Positions 8,407 through 13,461 of a DNA stretch of 15,057 nucleotides are shown here, piece by piece. The notes below the pieces were generated by a model, which ran no database searches, was not told the DNA's origin, and worked only from the letters and a program-made list of their open reading frames with translations. This DNA is from Polyangiaceae bacterium (GTDB lineage Bacteria; Myxococcota_A; Polyangia; Polyangiales; Polyangiaceae): positions 1-15,057 of the forward strand of contig JBGANF010000170.1 of NCBI GenBank assembly GCA_044222475.1. The letters run 5' to 3'. The translations under genes and the position numbers were made by a program. Within the stretch, counting starts at the first letter, position 1. The number at the start of each line of letters is the position of its first letter.

Positions 8407-10263
8407 ATGAGCATGCAGAACATCGACTCGAAAGCCGGCAAGAAGTCGCTCCCCGTCATCGATCTGGAAGCGGAGCTGAAGCGCTTCGAAGAGGAAGAGA
8501 AGAAGCGCCTCGGGCTCGACGGTCCGATCGACCACTGGGTCGAGGACATGGCGAACCTCACGTTCAAGAAGAGCGAGAAGGCGAAGATCACGCTGCTCAT
8601 CGGCGGCCTCACCCTCGCGCACGACTACCTCATCGAGGGTGGGCTTCGGGGCATCGGCTACAACGTCACGATGCTGGACGCGCCGAACAACGACGCGTTC
8701 CAGACCGGCAAGGAGTACGGGAACCGGGCGCAGTGCAACCCGACGTACTTCACCGTCGGCAACCTCGTGCAGTTCCTCATCCAGCTCCGCGACAAGCACG
8801 GGATGACCGCCCAAGAGGTCGTCGACAAGTACGTCTTCGTCACCGCCGGAGCGTGCGGGCCGTGCCGCTTCGGCATGTACGTGACCGAGTACCGCAAGGC
8901 GCTCCGCGACGCCGGCTTCGACGGCTTCCGCGTGATGCTGTTCCAGCAGACCGGCGGCTTGCAGCAGGCGACGGGCGAAGAGTCGGGCCTCGAGATGAAC
9001 CCGACGTTCTTCGCGGCGATCGTGAAGGGCATCCTCGCGGGCGACGTGATCAACGCGATCGCGTATCGGCTGCGCCCCTACGAGGTCGAAGCCGGCGCGA
9101 CCGACCGCGCCGTCGAGCAGGCGAAGAAGCTCTGCTACGCCGCCCTCTACGAGAAGACGAACATCCTGAAGGCGCTGTGGGACGCGAAGCCGTACTTCGA
9201 GGCGGTGAAGGTCGATCGCACCAACCCGAAGCCGAAGGTCAGCATCATCGGCGAGTTCTGGGCGATGACGACCGAGGGCGACGGCAACTACGGCCTCCAG
9301 CGCTTCCTCGAGCAAGAGGGCGCCGAGTGCGACATCCAGCTCGTCGCTGCGTGGCTCCTCTACAACATCTGGGAAGCCAAGCACGACACGTTCGATCGCG
9401 AGGACCTTCGCGGCGAGGACGCGGGCAAGTACGGCCTCGCCGGTCTCGGACCGTTCGGCGCGGCGAAGCGCGTGCTGAGCGTCACCGGCGCCGAGCTCGC
9501 CGTGCGCGGCGCGTTCCAGGTGTTCGCTCACGCGGCCGGGCTCTACGGCTACCACCTGCCCGACATGAACAAGGTCGCGGAGCTCAGCCACGAGTACTAC
9601 AACAACAACCTCCGTGGCGGCGAAGGCCACATGGAGGTCGGCAAGCTCATCATGAACGTGACGCAGCAGAAGTGTCACATGACGCTGAGCGTGAAGCCGT
9701 TCGGCTGCATGCCGAGCGCGGGCGTCTCCGACGGCGTGCAGACCGCCATCACCGAGAAGTTCCCGGGCACGATCTTCTGCCCGGTCGAGACGAGCGGCGA
9801 CGGCAAGGTGAACTTCTACTCTCGCGTGCAGATGTACCTCTTCAAGGCGAAGCAAGCGGCGATCGCCGAGTACGACCGCGCGCTCGAGGAGCACGGCGTC
9901 ACGAAGGAGCAAGTGCAGACCTTCCTCGCCGCCAATCCCAAATGGGGACGAGCGCTTCACCGGGCGCCGCACCAGTACGCCGGCGTCTGCGCGGACCTCG
10001 TCGCCGAGGTCGCGCCGTACATCACCAAGACCCGCACCGAGCGCTGGATGGACCGCGCGAAGGGCATCTTCACGACGACGACGACGGCCGCGAAGTCGGC
10101 GCCTCACATGGTGGTGACCTTCGTGAAGAAGGCGCGCGAGGAGGCACCGGGCCTCGCGAAGAAGATCGGCGAAGACGTGAAGATCATCGCCGAGGAGCGC
10201 CGCAAGGCGAAGGCTGCGAAGTCCGCCAAGGCCGAGCCGGCCATGGCCGACGCTGCAGAGTGA
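8407..10263 (+). CDS. 2-hydroxyacyl-CoA dehydratase-like Fe-S subunit; PlsR-like partner of the upstream gene
   Basis: Motifs QCNPTYFTVG, GACGPCRFGMY, KPKVSIIGEF, GGEGHMEVG and KPFGCMP. ATG 8407 follows GAGGA and lies 7 nt after the upstream stop. Confidence 0.82.
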   Translation: MSMQNIDSKAGKKSLPVIDLEAELKRFEEEEKKRLGLDGPIDHWVEDMANLTFKKSEKAKITLLIGGLTLAHDYLIEGGLRGIGYNVTMLDAPNNDAFQTGKEYGNRAQCNPTYFTVGNLVQFLIQLRDKHGMTAQEVVDKYVFVTAGACGPCRFGMYVTEYRKALRDAGFDGFRVMLFQQTGGLQQATGEESGLEMNPTFFAAIVKGILAGDVINAIAYRLRPYEVEAGATDRAVEQAKKLCYAALYEKTNILKALWDAKPYFEAVKVDRTNPKPKVSIIGEFWAMTTEGDGNYGLQRFLEQEGAECDIQLVAAWLLYNIWEAKHDTFDREDLRGEDAGKYGLAGLGPFGAAKRVLSVTGAELAVRGAFQVFAHAAGLYGYHLPDMNKVAELSHEYYNNNLRGGEGHMEVGKLIMNVTQQKCHMTLSVKPFGCMPSAGVSDGVQTAITEKFPGTIFCPVETSGDGKVNFYSRVQMYLFKAKQAAIAEYDRALEEHGVTKEQVQTFLAANPKWGRALHRAPHQYAGVCADLVAEVAPYITKTRTERWMDRAKGIFTTTTTAAKSAPHMVVTFVKKAREEAPGLAKKIGEDVKIIAEERRKAKAAKSAKAEPAMADAAE

Positions 10264-10318
10264 CCGCTGCCATTCCACCCCTTCGGGTACCGCGCAGCGC
10301 GCCCATTCCTGTCCAGTC

Positions 10319-10366
10319 GAAAAGACGAATGCGGAGGAATGTGGAACAGGAATGGGAATGGGAATG
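10319..10366. repeat. Left arm of a long inverted repeat made of GGAATG hexamers
   Basis: GAAAAGACGAATGCGGAGGAATGTGGAACAGGAATGGGAATGGGAATG. 10336-10366 is the exact reverse complement of 10755-10785. Confidence 0.95.
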
Positions 10367-10409
10367 AAGAGACGCGCAACCTGACGCCATCAGCGCCCGA
10401 TGGGCTCGC

Positions 10410-10754
10410 GTGGTTCGAGGGCAGGACATTTCCGAGCGGCTGCTCGCGTTTGCGGTGCAGGTCATCGAGCTGCTCGATGAGCTTCCCGAGACGCGGATCG
10501 CCGCACATGTGAGTGGTCAGCTGGTCCGCGCGGCGACGTCTGCTGGAGCGAACTACGAAGAGGCTCGTCGCGCCGAGAGCAGAGCGGACTTCATCCACAA
10601 GGTGTCCGTCTCCGCGAAGGAGGCATCCGAAGCCCTCTATTGGCTACGCATCATTCACCGCCTGCGCCTCACCACGACGACGCCGCCGCTGAGGGAAGCC
10701 GACGAGTTGATTGCGATCTTGGTGGCCTCGGCCCGCACTGCGAGAGCCCGCTGA
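10410..10754 (+). CDS. Four helix bundle protein (23S rRNA intervening-sequence protein / Avd-like fold)
   Basis: 114 aa with ERLLAFAV.VI...LP, QLVRAATSAGANYEEA, SRADFIHK...KEASEALYWL and EADELIAIL, the hallmark motifs of this family. An in-frame stop at 10365-10367 limits the start to GTG 10410 or later. Confidence 0.92.
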   Translation: MVRGQDISERLLAFAVQVIELLDELPETRIAAHVSGQLVRAATSAGANYEEARRAESRADFIHKVSVSAKEASEALYWLRIIHRLRLTTTTPPLREADELIAILVASARTARAR

Positions 10755-10804
10755 CATTCCCATTCCCATTCCTGTTCCACATTCCCCCCGCATTCGTCCT
10801 TTTC
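10755..10804. repeat. Right arm of the long inverted repeat (CATTCC hexamers)
   Basis: CATTCCCATTCCCATTCCTGTTCCACATTCCCCCCGCATTCGTCCTTTTC. Its reverse complement aligns to 10319-10366 with two 1-nt indels and one mismatch, all outside the 31-bp core. Confidence 0.95.
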
Positions 10805-11228
10805 ACTTCTTCAGCGAGCGCAGGGCGTCCCGAACGAGCTTCTCGCCGGCCGGGTCTTTCCCGACCGCCTCGAGGATGTCGTACAGCTCGGGCCGCGTGA
10901 GCGACTTCAGCTCGTCTTCGAGCGAGCGCATCTCGGGCACGTCCCCGCTGTTCGCCCACGCCAGCGCGACCGCGATGGCGTGCTTGCAGAAGAGCCCCTC
11001 GGCGCCGAACGGGCACTGGCACTTGTACGCGAGGCCCTCGGCGCTCGCCCAGATGCGGACCTCATAGGTCGTCGTTCCCTTCACCTGCGCAGTGAGGACT
11101 CCCTTCTCGCGAACGAGGTGCTCGACCCGACCTTCGTTGAAATAGGCCTCGCCTCGCTCGAAGGTCTTCTTGCCGACGAGCGCTTCGAGCGTGCCGCGGT
11201 GGAGGATGTTCGCGAGGGGCGTCGCCAC
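10803..11228 (-). CDS. SWIM zinc-finger domain protein (short, stand-alone)
   Basis: FERGEAYFNEGRV...AQVKGTTTYEV...YKCQCPFGAEGLFCKHAIAV has the CxC...CxH SWIM motif. I chose GTG 11228 as the start to avoid overlap with the divergent gene. Confidence 0.85.
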   Translation of the reverse strand: MATPLANILHRGTLEALVGKKTFERGEAYFNEGRVEHLVREKGVLTAQVKGTTTYEVRIWASAEGLAYKCQCPFGAEGLFCKHAIAVALAWANSGDVPEMRSLEDELKSLTRPELYDILEAVGKDPAGEKLVRDALRSLKK

Positions 11229-11251
11229 GAGGGGATGATACCTTCGAGCAC
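11229..11251. promoter_or_regulatory. Candidate bidirectional -10 elements for two leaderless divergent genes
   Basis: Plus strand: TGa-TACCTT (11236-11244, extended -10 form), 7 nt before GTG 11252. Minus strand: TATCAT (11240-11235), 6 nt before GTG 11228. No clear SD for either gene. Confidence 0.5.
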
Positions 11252-12484
11252 GTGAGCCGCGCACCGGCCGAGTTTCGCTACTTCGATCCCGATCGGGCAC
11301 GCACCGTCAGGCGCGTGCGCGCGGTCGGGAGAGCGCTCGGCTTCGATCCGTCGCTCCCCGACGACGTCGTCCGCACCTTCGGCGAGATGTACTACGACGC
11401 CGATCCCACCGCCGAGGCGTTCGTCGACGACACGTACCTCCGCCACGGATCGGCGCACGGGCGCGCCATGCTCGAGCGCGCGCTGGAAGCCGGCGTCGCA
11501 TCCGTCGAAGACGCACCGCCATCGCTCGCGCGCCTCTTCGAGGAGGTCGAGCGCGATCCTCCGTGGCTCGACTGGGCCGAGGTCGAGCACGGCGCGCGCG
11601 TCTTCCGCCGTTGGGGGAGCGACGTCTTCCGCTTCGCCGGTGCCGTCACGCTCAACGCGTACGCGGAGAGCTCGGTCGCGAAGCCTCTCGCGTTGACCGG
11701 TGCGTACGCCGGCGCGAGTACGAAGCGCCGCTTCCTCGAGACCGCCGCGTTCTGGATCGCGGTGAGCGAGCCCGGTGGTCTCCGCCCCGGCGCACCCGGT
11801 CGCGCATCGGCGCTGCGCGTGCGCGTGATGCACGTCTTCGTGCGCCGCCGCTTGCTCGCTCACCCCGAGTGGGACAGCGATGCGTGGGGCGTCCCCATCA
11901 GCCAAGCGGACGCGCTCCTGACGCTGATGGGCGGCAGCGTCGCGCCGGGGATCGCGCTGCGCGCTCTCGGCTACCGACCGTCGCGGCGCGACGTCGAGGC
12001 GACGCTGCATTTCTGGCGGTACGTGGGCCACCTCATGGGCGTCTCTCCGAAGTGGTACCCCGCGACCCGCGCCGATGCGGTCCGCCTCGCGTTCGTGACG
12101 TGGGCCAAGTCGTCACGCAAGGCCGGCGAGGACGGGGTGCACCTGTGCCAGTCGTACGCGCGCGCGTTCGAGCCCGATCCGAAGGCTCCGCTCGTTCGTC
12201 GCCTGCGTCAGGCGATCGAGCAGCGCGTTCACCTCGGCTACACGCGATTCTTCCTCTCGCGCTCGGTCTACCGCGGGAACCGAATGCCTCCGGCCGGACC
12301 TTGGGCGCTCCTGCCGCTCGCGCGCTTTCCGTTCGTGTTCGCCGCGGAGACGCTGCGCCGAGCAATCCCCGCGCTCGACGACGTCGCCGATCGCAGGGCG
12401 CGAGCGGAGCGAGCGAGGTGGCTCGCGCATCACTCCGGCGGCCGCGCGGCCGAGTACAAGCCCGCCGAGTCGTTCACCCGTTGA
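11252..12484 (+). CDS. Oxygenase MpaB / latex-clearing-protein-like (DUF2236) family protein
   Basis: Motifs PPWLDW..VE.G, LALTG.Y, RRFLETA.F, LRVRVMHVFVRRRL (candidate heme-ligand His), WGVPISQAD and HFWRYVGHLMGV. Confidence 0.88.
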   Translation: MSRAPAEFRYFDPDRARTVRRVRAVGRALGFDPSLPDDVVRTFGEMYYDADPTAEAFVDDTYLRHGSAHGRAMLERALEAGVASVEDAPPSLARLFEEVERDPPWLDWAEVEHGARVFRRWGSDVFRFAGAVTLNAYAESSVAKPLALTGAYAGASTKRRFLETAAFWIAVSEPGGLRPGAPGRASALRVRVMHVFVRRRLLAHPEWDSDAWGVPISQADALLTLMGGSVAPGIALRALGYRPSRRDVEATLHFWRYVGHLMGVSPKWYPATRADAVRLAFVTWAKSSRKAGEDGVHLCQSYARAFEPDPKAPLVRRLRQAIEQRVHLGYTRFFLSRSVYRGNRMPPAGPWALLPLARFPFVFAAETLRRAIPALDDVADRRARAERARWLAHHSGGRAAEYKPAESFTR

Positions 12485-12491
12485 GAACGAA

Positions 12492-12523
12492 ACGGCCCCG
12501 CGAGCCGTGGCGCGCGGGGCCGT
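12492..12523 (-). terminator. Intrinsic terminator-like hairpin between convergent genes
   Basis: 11-bp perfect stem ACGGCCCCGCG (12492-12502) / CGCGGGGCCGT (12513-12523). On the minus strand it is followed by TTCGTTCTC, which favours termination of the lipoprotein transcript. Confidence 0.7.
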
Positions 12524-12553
12524 GTACACCATGTACCAAACCGGGACGACCGG

Positions 12554-13336
12554 TCAGTCGCTGGCGGCGTCGGCCGCCGCGTCGGAGCCAGAGTCCGGCG
12601 CGCCGCCGTCGCTCGTGTAGCCGCCGCAGAAGACGGTGCCCATGATCTTGAAGTAGTCGGCGAACCCGTTGGCCTGGTCTTGGCAGACGTCGACCGCGTC
12701 GCCGGGCGCCGCGGACTTGCACTTCGCGTCCTCGTACACCTTGCAGACCGTCTTCTTCGCGTCCGACAGGCACTTCTGGTACGCGGGGAACGACTTCGGG
12801 TCGTCGCTCGTGACCGGGCAGTTCGCTTCGCACGCGGCGAGACCGCATTGATAGGTGGCCTGGTACTTGGCGCCGCATCCGGTAGCGGTCTTGTCGCCGT
12901 CCTTCAAAGCGATGCAGCCGCCGATGTTCGCGGTGATGACGCCGTCGGTCGAGATCAGCGCGCCCCACTTGGTCGCGGTCGACACGGTGACCATGCACTT
13001 GACGCACGGGGCGCTCGCCTTGGTGAAAGCGCTGCACGCCGTCGTGTTCGACGTGTTGGTGTCGTAGCACTTCGAGTAGTAGTCATCGATTTCCTTCGAG
13101 CTGCACGCAGTCGGCTGGATGTCGTTCGGGACGATCCACTCCGGCTTGAAGGTCGACACGTCACCCGGCTTGCAGGTGCTCGGCGGTGCCGTGTCCAGGG
13201 CGGCATCGCTCACGATCGGTTTCTTGTCCGGCGATGCGTCGACGACCGGCGTGGTGTCAGGAGGCGTGTCGCTGCACGCGATGAAGACGCCGCCGGCGAC
13301 GGCGAGAGGAACCAGAAACGCGACGAGCTTCTTCAT
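12554..13336 (-). CDS. Cysteine-rich lipoprotein of unknown function
   Basis: Signal and lipobox MKKLVAFLVPLAVAGGVFIAC, a Pro/Asp/Thr linker, 16 further Cys and an Asp/Ala/Gly-rich tail. GAGG lies 5 nt upstream of the ATG. Confidence 0.85.
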   Translation of the reverse strand: MKKLVAFLVPLAVAGGVFIACSDTPPDTTPVVDASPDKKPIVSDAALDTAPPSTCKPGDVSTFKPEWIVPNDIQPTACSSKEIDDYYSKCYDTNTSNTTACSAFTKASAPCVKCMVTVSTATKWGALISTDGVITANIGGCIALKDGDKTATGCGAKYQATYQCGLAACEANCPVTSDDPKSFPAYQKCLSDAKKTVCKVYEDAKCKSAAPGDAVDVCQDQANGFADYFKIMGTVFCGGYTSDGGAPDSGSDAAADAASD

Positions 13337-13461
13337 GACGACCTCGGAAGGAAAGCTGGGAGCCCCCAGGGATTGACGCAGGAATTCACAAGGCAGCCTA
13401 GCGGCCCCGGGGCAACTTGTCGCGCGAAAACGTGGCGCGAAAGCTGATAGAGCAGGGACGG

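Noticed and set aside
10072..10086. (ACG)5 tandem repeat as a phase-variation tract
   Set aside because: It is an in-frame Thr run in a low-complexity C-terminal tail; slippage would not shift the frame.
10336..10366. CRISPR array
   Set aside because: These are contiguous hexamer repeats with no spacers, and no cas genes are present.
4692..10367. Long alternative-frame and antisense ORFs (e.g. 5186-7582 +, 4692-6080 -, 6933-8612 -, 8296-10278 -, 8733-10367 +)
   Set aside because: They are Arg/Pro/Gly-rich or antisense shadows of real genes, expected in high-GC DNA, and have no recognisable motifs.
10376..10389. Sigma-54 promoter-like TGGC...TTGC on the minus strand inside the cassette leader
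   Set aside because: The spacing is GG-N9-GC rather than the required GG-N10-GC.
10410..10754. Diversity-generating retroelement (avd) or a true 23S rRNA intervening sequence
   Set aside because: There is no reverse transcriptase, no TR/VR repeat pair and no rRNA sequence in the window; both flanks are protein-coding.
10319..10804. IS element or MITE, suggested by terminal inverted repeats around a single ORF
   Set aside because: The ORF has no transposase or recombinase motifs and I found no target-site duplication (flanks ...CCAGTC / ACTTCT...). It is kept as an unexplained cassette rather than called a mobile element.
12544..12559. Third copy of the TetR-like operator (GGACGAC-CG-GTCAGTC)
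   Set aside because: Only one half-site matches well, and it overlaps a stop codon between convergent genes, which is not a promoter location.
13422..13442. GCGCGAAA direct repeat (13422-13429, 13435-13442) upstream of the Gly-rich gene
   Set aside because: Only 8 bp and two copies in GC-rich DNA; too weak to call a regulatory site without conservation data.
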